Assembly: GCA_026026165.1 (NCBI GenBank)
Contig: JAPEUD010000003.1
Location: forward strand, 124,001-188,000
Source: Sarea resinae
Taxonomy: Eukaryota
DNA length: 64,000 nt
Direction: 5' to 3'
Below the pieces are notes generated by a model. It was not told the origin of the DNA. It searched no databases and saw only the letters and a program-made list of their open reading frames with translations. The stretch's first letter is position 1. Every line of letters begins with the position of its first letter. Positions 11,131 to 23,621 of this stretch are shown in pieces. Both the position numbers and the translations under genes were made by a program.

Positions 11131-13882
11131 CAGTTTGACATGGGAAGTACAGATTTAAGAAGGAAGGCGTATATGGGCCAACTCATTACAATATTTGGCA
11201 TTCTTCAGGAGTTTCTTCGGATTCACCCATGCTGCAATCCCCGCATTCTCGGCGTTCTTCATCTGGAAATAATTCTTCAATGGACCTATTTGATGCATTT
11301 TCTTGCTTGGGAATATTGGATGGTCCAACCACGTGCATAGTACGCTTTCTGCATCTGTCAGGGTTCTCATTTGCGTGTCATTTTCAGATTACGGCACTGG
11401 TTCTATCCCCTCTTCACTCTTTTGTTCAGATGTCCGGTATCGTCTCCTAAGAAGCGGGCGAGGTCTCAGGGAGTGTCATCCGTCTGACATAGTTGGATTG
11501 TTCTGTAGATCTGATGGCATCATTCTGTTCGAGCTGGCGGATGTATACGGGCAGCTGAACGGGATACCAACACGTATATTCTTGTGCCTTTCCTTCACGT
11601 ATACCTATCTCCTGCAACGCTTTGCTCGATTTGATAAAGCGTCTTGGCTCGATTGAGAGCTATGAACGTCTCTTACACCGCTCGCGCTCTCTTCATGAAC
11701 AGCGACGATCGATGAGCTCTGTTTGCGACTGGTGACCGATTTAAAGTTACGTCTGGATCAACAACGTGGCTCGGGATACTCGATCCAGATGACTACTCTG
11801 ACCCGAGAAATCGAGAGGCCCATGCGTTCTCGACGTCCACGCTGTCCATTCGCGCCCTCTCGCGACATGAAGTTAAAGTTCCAGTCCACCCCCTTGAATG
11901 GCCAATAGGGGAACCGGTTAGACGTAGTCTGCGTGTGACGTGCATTTCGTCTTTGCATCTGATTGCATAGATTGCGCATCGGTGCAATGAGGATGCTTTC
12001 TGAGGCCAGCGTCTCGAGGCCAAGTGTCAACCGGGCGGCCGGGACGTCACGTTTTCGACGACCTGCCTAATCCAGAGTGCCTATTTCAGAACGTGAGAAA
12101 TTGAGATCTTCCCGTTCATCTCGGCTCCCTTGCTCTGCGCCGATCACTTCAGCGTCGGCCATGCCACGGACAGGTCTGGCTGTGCCCAAAATCCCTGTTG
12201 GCTGCTGCCGAGAGTGTAGATGATACAGACGCTCAGGAAGACGGACAAAACGACAAAGTGGCTTCTGAGGAATCGGAACCCATCTCGGGTGTTCAATCCT
12301 CTCAGTTGTGCTTCTACTCATACAGCGCAAGCAAGCCTCACGGCGGTGCGGGGGACTTTACGTCCGTTTGGGTGGAGGTGTCGCTATCAGGTACCAACGC
12401 ATCACTCTCTTCCGTATATCTCGACTCTCCACCACGTCCCAGGCGAACGTCACGCTATTACCGACCGCCTTCCGATATGGCTCGGAAGTTGAGTGTCCGG
12501 ACGGATGCGACAGCTCGAGATAGCTACGGCTGCACTCGTCCTTGGTTGGCTGAATGCAGTGCGTTCGCCGCCAAGTTGCCATGGCGTCAGTGCGTAAATG
12601 GATGGTCCTGCAAAAGCTCCTCCAGAGAGTGATTGCAACCAGCCATGCCTAACTGGAGTCATTTCGAGAGATTCGCCGACTCTCTCATCGGCCAATTCGA
12701 CATTGGTTTAAGATATCAGGTCTGACCGCTCCAGATATGCTACAACTCTCTTCCGACATGGATGAAGGTTGATCTGTCTCATTTTCATAGATGGCTGTAG
12801 ATCGGCGCTACGCAACAGCTTGGCCTTTACGCGGCACCCTGGTCCGCCAGATCTGTTCATCACCTTTCGTCGCGGCATGGGCATTCGTCAAAGCATTTGC
12901 TTGACGTGCTCTGTATACATAGCGCACATAAAGCGGAGACCTACCGGGTTCATCCGCACCTTTAATGCAACAACCCTACAAGCGCTCGCCTCGGTGGCAT
13001 ACTTTACCATACTCCCGGCGAAAGGCTCTCGTTCCAGCAGCTGCGGCTTTATGAAAAAGATGCACTGTCCAGGGCCGTCCACCTCAAGTTGGGAGGTAGT
13101 CCATTAACGCTGTCAGAAGCCAGAGAACTGAACGATGCATACCACAGACGAAGGCGTCAAGGCGCCCGCTTGGCAATTGGAAAGCTGGGATTCGCCTTTG
13201 ACAGCCGAGCCACACATACCACAAAACACCAATGTTTGTGCATCAAAGGGTAGTGGGTCTACGGGGGTTTCGAAAATTTCGAAAACATCAGCGAAACGCC
13301 ACCGCGACAAGACGCGTGCCGGACTTGCGGCAACAATTAATGATCCCTCACATCTCGCAGAGGTCGTGGGGTGGAACAAGCACTGACTTCGCAGGGCCAC
13401 TCTCCCTAGAACGCACGATTAGCTAAAGTGCTCTGAACGCCTCTAGAGTCCCGCCTCTCTGGCTCTATATGCGCCCAGTCCCTTTGTCTGATCGATGAAG
13501 GCGAGCGCTGGGGATCTCACATGAAATACACATAGCTTCCTGCAAGATTGCATATTACTTTGACAGCGAACAGGCAACAAAGCTGCGCCAGGTTAGGAAC
13601 TGATCCGATGAGGTGCTTGTGAGGGTGTCTGCTAGGGCCTCGATCTTTAAAAGAAATCTTCATCTGCCATGGTTCTCTCTGCTACTTATATTTCTCTCTC
13701 TTCTTGGCCTTCTTCTCTGCACTTGCCGCCATAGCAGTATACTTATGGGAAAGCCTTCTTTCTGTTGCGTCTGATTGACATTTTAGCCTCGCATTGTCGT
13801 CTGTACGTGCGTATACGCGTTGACGCCGAAGTTTGAAAGGACCAGCAAATATCACTGTAGCAGCCTCTTTTCCGCCAAGCAT

Positions 13883-15272
13883 ATGGCTTCCCTCCCCTCG
13901 AAGGAATTGCCCCCGTCGAGGAGAGGATCAGCTCAGAGTTCGGGAAGGTGCGAAGAGGACTACTTCTTAGGCATCACGGGGGTGGGTGACTTTGGTTTCT
14001 GAGATTTTGCCATGACTACAGGCCGCTGATTTGGCAACAACGCAGCTTCCTCCCAGCTTTTCATGGCAAAACCTGAAAGACCTTGTGCGGATCGTAACCC
14101 CACACATTGGGAGTTGGAGCGTGGATATTCAGGCTGTACTCATTCACGGGCAGTGTCAGCTAGTGGGAATTGTGAAAGTGAAAGGGCGAGACGAGGCAAG
14201 CAGGGTCCGGGGTATGCCGACTCCCTTCTCCACATAGCAATATAGGCGCAGGAAGCTCATTGATCACGTCGAAGAATTTCTCTCTCAACCCGGCATCTGT
14301 AATGGAAGCTCGCTCAATGTACGGACCTCCGCTCCAATCATCTCCAACAGACCTACGGAATCTAAAAACGGCACTCCAACACCACCGTTGTTCCAGCTCC
14401 AGGGTGTTCCTCTAGCCAACTATCAAAGTCCTCCCGTTTATGCAGCTCTTCCAGCAGGCAGCAGACAGGCTGTTCAATCTTTTCAAACCGAATATCAAAG
14501 CGACGTGGTACTTGTGAACACTTCCCTAGGCGGTCACCCGTTGACGCTGGCCATCCCCCGTCATCCAGAGGTAAACCAAACAGGTGTCTACATGTCCAGC
14601 CATGCTTCCCCCTCACCGACTCCGAACCTTCTCTCCTTCTCTCCCGGGGCGGCCCTGTCGATGCCTAGCAACATGGCACTTAATCATGGGCCCCCACTCG
14701 TACCACTGCAGCATGCTCAGGCCAGCCATCCCATGGCCAGCATGCATTATTCCGAGCCACCACAACCGCCACCTCAATATCACACCACAGTGCGCCGAGC
14801 GCCCGTCTACGCCAACACTTCCAATGGCACTCCTATCAACGTCAGCAACGGAGCGGTCCACACCGAAGCACGAGGCGTCTTCGTCCGCAATCTCAGCTAC
14901 GAGGCCGGCTGGCGCGAAGTCAAAGATCTGTTCCGCCAAGCCGGAAACGTGCAACGCTGCGTGATCAAGGAGGACCCGGTGACGGGCAAATCACGGGGTT
15001 GCGCGACCGTGCTCTTCAAAACCCATGCGGACGCCAAGGCGTCGATCGACATGCTCGATGAGACCGAGTTCATGGGCAGGAGTATCAAGGTCAAGTATGA
15101 TCAGGATACGACCATGTCCGTCCCTCCGACGGAGGCGGCGACCGCGTCGGAGCAGCGGCATCCGTCGCCCACTTCGGCGTCTGTCTCTAGCGCCACTGCG
15201 AGCGTTGCGAAACAACCCGTTATCGTGAATGGGTCCACTGCTACGAGGGGGTCATCGGCAGAAATGGCATGA
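13883..15272 (+). CDS. RNA-binding protein with two RRM domains
   Basis: Exons 13883-13981, 14046-14211, 14275-15272 join in frame. RRM1 YFLGITGLPPSFSWQNLKDLVR; RRM2 VFVRNLSYEAGWREVKDLF...SRGCATVLF. Confidence 0.8.
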
Positions 15273-15651
15273 ACCAGCTGACCTGAAATCATCCGGCTGA
15301 ACAAGCCCAAGGAGTAGAAGAAGCAGGCCAATCTCGGGACAGGCACGAGGGGTGTAGAGGATGGAAACACCAGGAGAAGGAAACTTTGTGGGCAGTCGAT
15401 GAATTGGATATCCGTACCGGATTGCGAAGTAAAAAGAACGGCCTTCACGATCTTCCTTTGTCTCATTTCACTTCTTATTCTTCTGTCGTTGGATCCTTTT
15501 TTTTTTTCAATCAAAAGTGTAGATTCATCTTGGCGTTAAGTCTCTAGAGGGCTTAAAGATCCATAGATCCATCCATTCATACCAGCATATGCATCCCTTA
15601 CGAACTCTTGAACAAAGTCCAATCGCCCCATCTACATCAATCACAGCTTAC

Positions 15652-16799
15652 TTACTCCGTCTTCACCTTCCTCCGCTCGACCCCTTCGCTAACAGCAGCC
15701 GCCACATCTGCCGCATCTAACCCCCTGACCCTCTCCCCGCTCTTCTCGTCTCCCAACACGGTCTCCTCAGCAACACACCTATAAACCGCCGCCATGGCCT
15801 CAAACAGCTCCCGCCCCTCGTCCAGCCCGCCATCCTCGCCACCAAACGTATCCGCAACCTCCTCCATCTCGCGCACCCACCGATACGCCTTGGGCGGCAT
15901 ACTGACCAGCAACCGCTCGGCCAGCCCGGCGGTCCCGGGACTGAACTCGCGCACCCGCGCCCGCAGCTCCTCGAGGATGCCCAGCCGGTGCGCCGTCGTG
16001 TACGCGCAGATGGCCAGCCCCGTGAAGCCTTTGGTCATGCTGGCGAAACACATCTTCAGGCCCGAGGCGGGGCCGATCGTGGCGGCAATGTGGCGCATGT
16101 TGAGCACTGAGGCGAGCTGTGCGGCGCCCGGAGCTGGGGCAGGGGCAGGGGCGGTTGATGAAGGGGTCAGAGAGTGGGGGCCTGAGACGACGAGGCTGGG
16201 GCGCGTCCATGCGGTCCCATCGTTGCCGTCGTCGTTGTCGGTGCTTTGTTTGGGGGGCAGACCGAAGATGCCACCATCGAGGAGGCAGACGTGGGGCGCG
16301 GACGTGGCGAAGAGGTCGGCGATCTCGGTGGCCGAGTGCGGCGAGATGGCGTTGAGGTCGATGTAGTAGAGCGACGCGTCGGCTACAAGCCCATCGTGGG
16401 CGTTTCGCTGAGCTTGCACTTCTTGCGAGGCCGAGGCGATTCGTTGTGCGGTGGCGAGGGCGTCGCGCGGCGGGACGATGGACAGGATGAACGCGGATTG
16501 CTGGACGAGCTCTCGATCGGTGGGGAGGAGGTCGAGAGAGGCGGAGCGGGCGCGGGCGTGTGTGGCTTCGCTGAGGAGTTGTTGTAGTTAGCTAGACGAA
16601 TCGCGAAGACGAATTGGAAGGGGCTTTTTCGAGGAGGGAAGAAGTGGTCTGAGTTGGTGCTGAGCGCAATTGTCAGAACTTGCCTTCTGCCGGTGATATT
16701 CGTGACGACGCGGAAACCGTGGGCGCGGAGCAGTTTCGCGATCCCGAGTCCCATTTCTCCAATGGACAAGATGCCCACGGTTGCTTGGGTAGCTTGCAT
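15652..16799 (-). CDS. NAD(P)-binding 6-phosphogluconate-dehydrogenase-like protein (DUF1932-type C-terminus)
   Basis: Exons 16799-16684 and 16570-15652 separated by a GC-AG intron. Motifs VGILSIGEMGLG, YIDLNAISP, DGGIFG, ASGLKMCFASMTKG, KAYRWVREMEE. Confidence 0.85.
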
Positions 16800-17339
16800 C
16801 GTTGGCGCATTCGAGACGAGATCAGACGAGACGAGAACCGCGTATCAAAATGCAGGAATTGAGTGCGCCGTTATTGCGCGTTTATGGGAGTCGACGACTC
16901 GCGATCATGGTGTTTACGGCTAATCGATAACAGCCCAGAGCGGGGGGATGCTTGGTACCTTAGGGTCCACATGGGGAAGCTTTACCGATCACGTCACCTT
17001 ATCGATAACGATTCGATATCAGAATAATAGCATGTTGGGATTCTCTCAGCATCCACGCCAGGAGGTTTGTATTACTTCTTCTTCGAAAAGGTTCAGCGTG
17101 TCTTTGAGCAAGAGAACACAGGTCGGGAGCCCTCATTGCCCATTTCATCTTCTTAGAATTCCCTGTAGGCTACAGTACTTCCTACGGCTTTATTATTTTG
17201 CCCGGGCATGGTCGCTGCTCCCGTATTTAGATGAGCCAGGTGGTTCTGAATTATACATGCTTCCATCGCCGCACCATACTTCAATGTCCCCATCCCTACT
17301 ACCTCATCTATAACGCATATCTTAAATACTCTTATCATC

Positions 17340-18692
17340 ATGTCAAATACCGCCTTGAGCCCAATGGGGATTCCATCCTTCGAATCATTCTATCTGCCTT
17401 CGCCCCTGTCACCTCTCGCCTCGCCGGCATCTGAAGAGACACGAGCACGCACCTCGAGAACAGTCCAGCACCTACAGTCATATCCTGCCTTTGACAGAAT
17501 CGCCGATACCCTCAGCCAGCGTCCAATCCTTCGCCGAATCGGAAACAGCGCTCGAGCTGTCGTCGATACTTCCTGGCAATACGTCCCGAGAGTTCTGCGG
17601 CCAGCAGTCCAGACTGTTCTTGAAGCCACAGACAACGTGGGGCTTCGGGCCCTGGAGAAGACCGAGTCGACTCTACGGCGCAGCAAGAGCTTGACATGGG
17701 ATGATGCAGACGACCTTGGGGCCAGGCGCCCATATTCCAGACTGTTGATCAGGCCGGGCAGGCGAGCCAGTGCTGTGGCGGGGTCCTGTCTGAAATCTGC
17801 GTCAGAGTCGCGCCTGGGCTTGATCGCACGCAATGTGACCAGACAGATTGACGAGAGCGCTGCTATGGTCATCGGGGCCATAGCCGACAATTACCAAGCC
17901 ATGGTGGACAGCGCTCTTCCTCCAGTTCCTTTCAGCAACGCTAGGGAAGTATTCGATGATCGTCTCGAAGAGCCAGAAGACCTCGGGATCGCTCACGGAT
18001 GCGAACCAATAGAATTGATGGTGCTGACTCGCCGGCCGCCATTAGCACAGAACGATGATGACCTAGGTCATCATGAAGGGGAGACTGCACGGGAGAGACC
18101 CCGCGTTTCAAACCTCCAACAAGACGCGAGCCGCGGCACCATGGCGCCGAGACGTAAAGCTCAACGGAAAATCCAAATCACGGTCCCTAAGGAAATTGCA
18201 ACTTCAGTGTCTCAACTAGTGTTTACCCCTCTCAACGCGTCTGAAGTCGGTCCTCAGGGCCGAGCGCCTCTCTACGCGCACCCTAATGCACACATATCTG
18301 CCTATCTCATCCCACACATCTTCGGGTCCTTTCCAGATCTAGCACGCTACTCCCGTGCGACTGTGCAGTCAGAGCGTCTGTTTCAGATATCCGTTGCCGC
18401 CCTCAGTAGAATCCGAGCGCGCTTCGTCGCACCTCTCATCGCATCTGCCACGCCCGATACCAGATTTTGGCAAAGACGACTGACAATTTCGACACGGCAG
18501 AATTCTGTGGCGTTGGGAAAGGAGAAGGTCGATACGGGGGAATTTGCCCTGGTTTCTGGTGGGCCGATCGAGGCGACAAAAGCATGGGCTAGCAGGCAGA
18601 GAATGAAATTCAAGCTGCGGAAGAGGTGGGGTGGAGTGTTCGCAAATGGGACTGAGCGGAATGCAAGCGCCTTCAAGATATTCGACTCATGA
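17340..18692 (+). CDS. Hypothetical protein with a perilipin/CAP20-like N-terminal segment
   Basis: 450-aa single-exon ORF. The segment VQHLQSYP...ATDNVGLRALEKTE resembles the fungal perilipin HLxSYP...ADxxGxxxLxK pattern (from memory). Confidence 0.6.
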   Translation: MSNTALSPMGIPSFESFYLPSPLSPLASPASEETRARTSRTVQHLQSYPAFDRIADTLSQRPILRRIGNSARAVVDTSWQYVPRVLRPAVQTVLEATDNVGLRALEKTESTLRRSKSLTWDDADDLGARRPYSRLLIRPGRRASAVAGSCLKSASESRLGLIARNVTRQIDESAAMVIGAIADNYQAMVDSALPPVPFSNAREVFDDRLEEPEDLGIAHGCEPIELMVLTRRPPLAQNDDDLGHHEGETARERPRVSNLQQDASRGTMAPRRKAQRKIQITVPKEIATSVSQLVFTPLNASEVGPQGRAPLYAHPNAHISAYLIPHIFGSFPDLARYSRATVQSERLFQISVAALSRIRARFVAPLIASATPDTRFWQRRLTISTRQNSVALGKEKVDTGEFALVSGGPIEATKAWASRQRMKFKLRKRWGGVFANGTERNASAFKIFDS

Positions 18693-19123
18693 TTTCTGAA
18701 AAGATCCCGTGGCGTTCCTTCGCTACCTGCGTCCAAAAAGCGCAGTGATAACATTTGGGACCCGCAGGGCTTACTTGCAGTCGTAGTCTGCGACTTGATT
18801 TCCTTGAAGCATCTCCCGATCGATTTCCCTTGACGTTCTCGGAGAGGATCAGATGGTGTCTCGGATCTTGAAGGAGAGAGGTACGGCAAAATATCCATAG
18901 TACCTGTTTGGACTCAGCATCACCACTGGTACCACCTTTCAAGCTCCTAGAATTCGATATTGCTCTGTTGTATAGAATATATCTCAAAAATCGGAAATGA
19001 GAAATAAGAGTGAGGCTGATATGAACGCCATCCTGCCGGCCAACGACATCATCCTAGCGGACGAGCGCCCTAGATAGCCCATGACCCAATAGAAAACAAA
19101 CAATGGTGAAAGAGTTTGATGGC

Positions 19124-20368
19124 TTACGCATAATTCAAAACGGCCACGATCGCAAGTCCAATTTCGTCGGCGCTTAGAATCAGCCCATCTGACCTCTGCG
19201 ACAATGGCCGCGCCCCGTACTTCCTGAGCCCAAGCAGACTGTCTCCGAGCTGCCAATCATGACCACCGTCTGCCTTGACATTGAACGCGACATCAGCACC
19301 GTCCTCGTGAGCTGCCGTTACGAAATCACTGATGTCACCGTAAAAGACTTCGGCCGAGCCGGCAGAGATCCAACTTTTGGGGGGCAAGATGGATCTCCAG
19401 CTCGGCCGCGCAATTCCTGGCTTCGAGAAATTGATGTAAGTTTCCTTTTCTGCTGTCGTGGGTGAGGATCGAAGAAAATTCTTCGCCCAGGTGTCGAGTG
19501 AAGCTTTTGGAAGAATGTCTGTACCGGCATTTTCTTCGAACGAGGGATGGGTTGAATTGAGATTAACCCATGGGCTCAGGAGAAAGAGACCAGCTCCCGG
19601 TCTCGAAAGTCCAGCACTTGGGTTAGGCTGAATTTGTGGAAGTGGCTTTTGGAGATGAACGAGTAGGGCGAGGCACAGATTGCCCCCAGCTGAATCCCCG
19701 AACAGCGCAATTTTGGAGCTGGAAATCCCAAGCTCCTTGGTCAGGTAAGTATAACCGGCAGACGCCTGGTTCAACTGGCAGGCGAAAGGGTACTCCGGCG
19801 CCAGGGAATAATCGAGAGCGAAAATACTGATGGTGTGTCCTCTATCGAGAATGGCTTCGGCAGTGCGGAGTAAAAGTGGCACGTACAAGCCTGGATCCGA
19901 CGTATTATAACCCCCGCCATGGAAGAAGTAGATTACGACATCCGAGTCCTTGGGCGAGGCCGACTTCTTTAAAGAATTCTGGATTATCCAATATCCGGCA
20001 AAACTAGATCCCCTTACCGGCTGGAACAACGATGCCGCTACTCCTTGAAATCGAGTTGACGAGAGCAATCTCTTCGCGATCTTCTGGCCAGGATAGCGCA
20101 TGATGGATGTTGGCGTCCAATAGAGGACACTAGTATGGTAAATGAACGACCTTTCGATGGAGAGGAAGAGGGCAAAAGCCTACAATCGCGAAAGTGAGCG
20201 CATGAGATCTTCACCCAGCGGTAAAGAGCTGCGCTTGCAGATACGGCGTAGGAAGAAGAAAAGAAAAACGAAAGGAAGTAGGAACACGACGGCGCCCAGC
20301 AGGCGAAGCTTGTCCGCCAAGGGAACCCTCCCGTGGGTTGGATTTGCGACGAACTCTCCATCAGGCAT
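19124..20368 (-). CDS. Alpha/beta hydrolase (HSL/Say1-like esterase) with an N-terminal membrane anchor
   Basis: Exons 20368-20184 and 20129-19124. Oxyanion motif FHGGGY, DYSLAPE, nucleophile motif GDSAGG, candidate catalytic His in GHDW; hydrophobic stretch in exon 1. Confidence 0.85.
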
Positions 20369-21204
20369 CGTTATCTTGGCCACCCTTTCTGAAGCAGCAG
20401 GAATTTTCTTCAGGTCGAAAGGTCATCAGAGATGGGCCCAGCAATGGCCACATGTCCAACGGAAAGATTCGAGCGCAGTGGTCAGAGAGGTCTAGTATTG
20501 TCAGGGCTTGACGACGTCTTGGAGTCAAGACGCAGACATGGGATATTTATTGCATCGGGCCACTGGAGGTGTGCTCGGTATGGTCAACACTGGACTGTGG
20601 ACTGTCGTCATCCACGGTTAGATAGAGTTTCAATGGACTCCATTCCATTTCCATTCAGGCTTCCCAAGCCACACCATCCCGAGTACCTTCTTCATAGGTA
20701 CCATCCTAGATGGAGACTTGGATAGACAGACACCGCCAGACGGGAGCTTTCAGGCGGCTTTCAGCGCCCTCGCAGTCGACCTTCCATTCTCTCGACATCT
20801 GGCATTCTGGCATCTGGCATCTGTTGAGCGCCGTGTCACATGGGGGGGTCACAGAGGGTCACACCAACCAGGAGGTCGAAGACATGAGGAGAAGCAGTCA
20901 GCATCCAGCCATGCCTCATGCCTATGGGCCCTTGGCCAGAATCCTCATCGTGCTTAAGGTAGTTGAGTGCGACAAGATCAATGGCATCGATTGACCCATG
21001 CCAACTGCCAACATCAAGGTCTCTGGCAGTCTTGCTTCGTCACATACTCCGTAGACGCCTCCAGCTGTCTCACGATCGCCATTAGTCGCCAAAGGGACAG
21101 AATTCTGGCCCCCAACATCCCCCCCTGCCCCGCCCCAACCCGCCGCCCTACCGTCGCGCGACGCGGGTAACCCACCTGTGGCGATCGGAGCCGCGCAGGG
21201 TCTC

Positions 21205-21216
21205 TACTCCGGAGTA
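21205..21216. promoter_or_regulatory. Palindrome TACTCCGGAGTA in a divergent intergenic region
   Basis: Exact copy between the divergent hydrolase and NmrA-like genes. Confidence 0.45.
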
Positions 21217-21369
21217 ACACTACCTTAAGGTTAGGACCTGGGCATTTCACTTGAAATTACAATAGTACTGCAGTAGTAATTAAAGCATACCTACTCTAGG
21301 TGGAGTACAACCTATAATATATCTTCTGCTATCTTAATAATATAGACCTTCTGCCTACCTCTCCCTAGC

Positions 21370-21509
21370 CTATCTCCCTGGCTGGCAAGGCTGCCTCGTA
21401 CAGGTACTGTCTAGTACGAATTACTACGAGTATTCGTACTCCTGCGATCAATCAGAGAGGGGTCCTCCAAAATACTTACGGCGGCGCTCCTTGCCAGCCC
21501 AGGAGATAG
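21370..21509. mobile_element. MITE-like inverted-repeat element or structured hairpin
   Basis: Arms at 21370-21390 and 21489-21509 match 19/21 as reverse complements. Inner 9-bp inverted repeat at 21413-21421/21432-21440. Confidence 0.4.
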
Positions 21510-21593
21510 CGGGCTTATCGCCGGTTAGAGGCGCTGCTACCGTCCAGGGCCATTCGAGCAGCCTACCTACCTTCCCTGAGTACTCGGAGTAGC

Positions 21594-21640
21594 CCGTCTT
21601 ACACCACCCGTCTTACACCACTCGTCTGACACCACCCGTA
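21594..21640. repeat. 14-bp tandem repeat CCGTCTTACACCAC, about 3.3 copies
   Basis: Read directly from the sequence; the third copy has two substitutions. Confidence 0.85.
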
Positions 21641-21837
21641 TGGGTCTCCTTGAGATCTTACTGTGACGATTCATAACCCAGAAGGATGCCGTTCGCTGTA
21701 TATAAGAAGGCTCCCAGGCCGGGCCCCGACACATAGACTTCGCTCATAATCCTGACATCTTTTGTCCTGTCTGCCGAAGGTAGTGTTGAGTTACAGCCAG
21801 TGCTATCTCTTATTTCTCTTGCAGGACCAAATCCACT

Positions 21838-22982
21838 ATGGTCACCGTTGCAGTTGCTGGAGGCACTGGCAAGCTTGGCTTGACCATTGTCGAAGTGCTG
21901 AAGGCTAATCCAAAGCACAAAGTAATTGTCTTGTCCCGCAAGGTCCGTATATTTCTAGTCTTGACACAAACCCATCTTTACAAGCAACGGCCTGGGCTTA
22001 CCAAGGCTCTTGTAGGCCCCAGAAGTACATGATGAAAAGGCCCCTGTGTTCGCACTGGACTACACCGACGTCGACGCTCTAGTCCATGTCCTCGAAGACA
22101 ATTCCGTGCATACTATCATCTCCGCCATGCAAGTGAGCACTCCGGAATCTGGCGCGGCAGAGATCAACCTTGTGAAAGCTGCCACCAGGTCTAGCCATGC
22201 GAAGCGTTTCATCTCCAGCGAATGGTCCGCCCCTACTCCCGATTCGTAAGTATGATCTATTCTTGCTCTATATCTAATGTCACTTATGTCTGTATCCTGA
22301 GATCATCATCTGCTAATACAAATAATTTACAGAAGCCTGGACTTGCCGCACAACGCGCCTCGCGCCGCTACTATCAAGGAGTTGCAGAAGACTGACCTTG
22401 AATGGACGAGGTTCTACGTGGGCCAGATCATGGATCATCTTGGCACCCCACACATCAAGAGCCATATGGGCGTGTATAGCATCCACTTCGACATGGCTAA
22501 TCGTGCGGCCGCCATACCGGGCACGGGCAACGACCTTTTGTCCTTTACGTACAGCTTCGATGTGGCCCGCTTTGTGGAAGCGGCGCTCGACATGGCTCGT
22601 TGGGAGAATGAAATGTTCTGTTACAGCGACAATGGCACCTATAACGATGTGCTGAAGCTGGCAGAAGAGGCGAGAGGTCTGTGGATTCGCGGCCCCTCTG
22701 TCGGGTAGTGGTACTTACAGGCACCGAACAGGTTCCAAGTTCACCGTGACGTATGACAGTGTCGAGAAGCTGGAGCGAGGTGAAATGACCGAACTACCCT
22801 TTCATCCGTCATGGTACCCTCGCATCCCCAAGCCCGCTCTGCAGCGCCGATATGCCACGTTCGGATTGCTTACCATCCAAGGACTAACGCATCTGCCGGA
22901 AGAGAAGAGCTTGAACAAGGTGTTCCCCCAAATCCAAACGAAGACGGTCGAGGAGATGGTCGGCGCTTGGAAGGGCAAATAG
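21838..22982 (+). CDS. NmrA-like / isoflavone-reductase-family NAD(P)-dependent oxidoreductase
   Basis: Exons 21838-21942, 22016-22245, 22333-22676, 22732-22982. Motifs VAVAGGTGKLG, KRFISSEW, SFTYSFDVARFV. TATATAA at 21699. Confidence 0.88.
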
Positions 22983-23621
22983 TACCTTGCATCCATGCTG
23001 GATGTCTTCGAGACTTTACCTCGTTAGATACCTTAGAGAGATATCTTTAGACAACCCTTGAGGCCACGGCGCTGCGGTGTCGATCTTTGGATGACTCAGC
23101 TTACCCAGGTGCGGTACGCTATCCAGATGTACTATGTAAGAGTACTAAGTAGTCACTGAGCATGACGATGGTTCATGGTCGATAGATTCACGGTCAATAG
23201 CAGAGTAACGATGAATGGCAATATGACAATCTCTTTGCGCACTCCGTGCTCTCCATTCATCGTCCCATTATTGTTGTTCTGGACCAAGACGGGCAGATGC
23301 AACAGACGAGCGACGAGACAGGCTGGAGTCCGTCCTGGGAGGTACCTTTGCGCCCATGCATGGTGGGGCGGTACTTGAGCTCTTGGTAGCGCTCCTTGGG
23401 CTCGTTTCCCTCTGCGACGTAACCTTATCCAGACCGGCATCGTCCTGTCGCTCCCTTTGTTCTCTGAACGCGCCTGGAGGCGTACCGACCTCAAGCAAGA
23501 ACCCTCCAGCTTCCACTTCCCACCCATCTCTCACCCTCCAGTCTCTTGCTTCGCATCCGAACAACGCGATCCTCAATCGACCTTCCTCTCTCTCTCTATC
23601 TCTCACATCCCTTCACGCATC

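Noticed and set aside
11758..12330. Two minus-strand ORFs in the same frame separated by one TAG (possible A-to-I editing or readthrough gene)
   Set aside because: The joined peptide is not protein-like and has no recognisable domain; chance is sufficient.
21594..21640. CRISPR-like repeat
   Set aside because: Head-to-tail 14-bp units without spacers, in a eukaryotic context.
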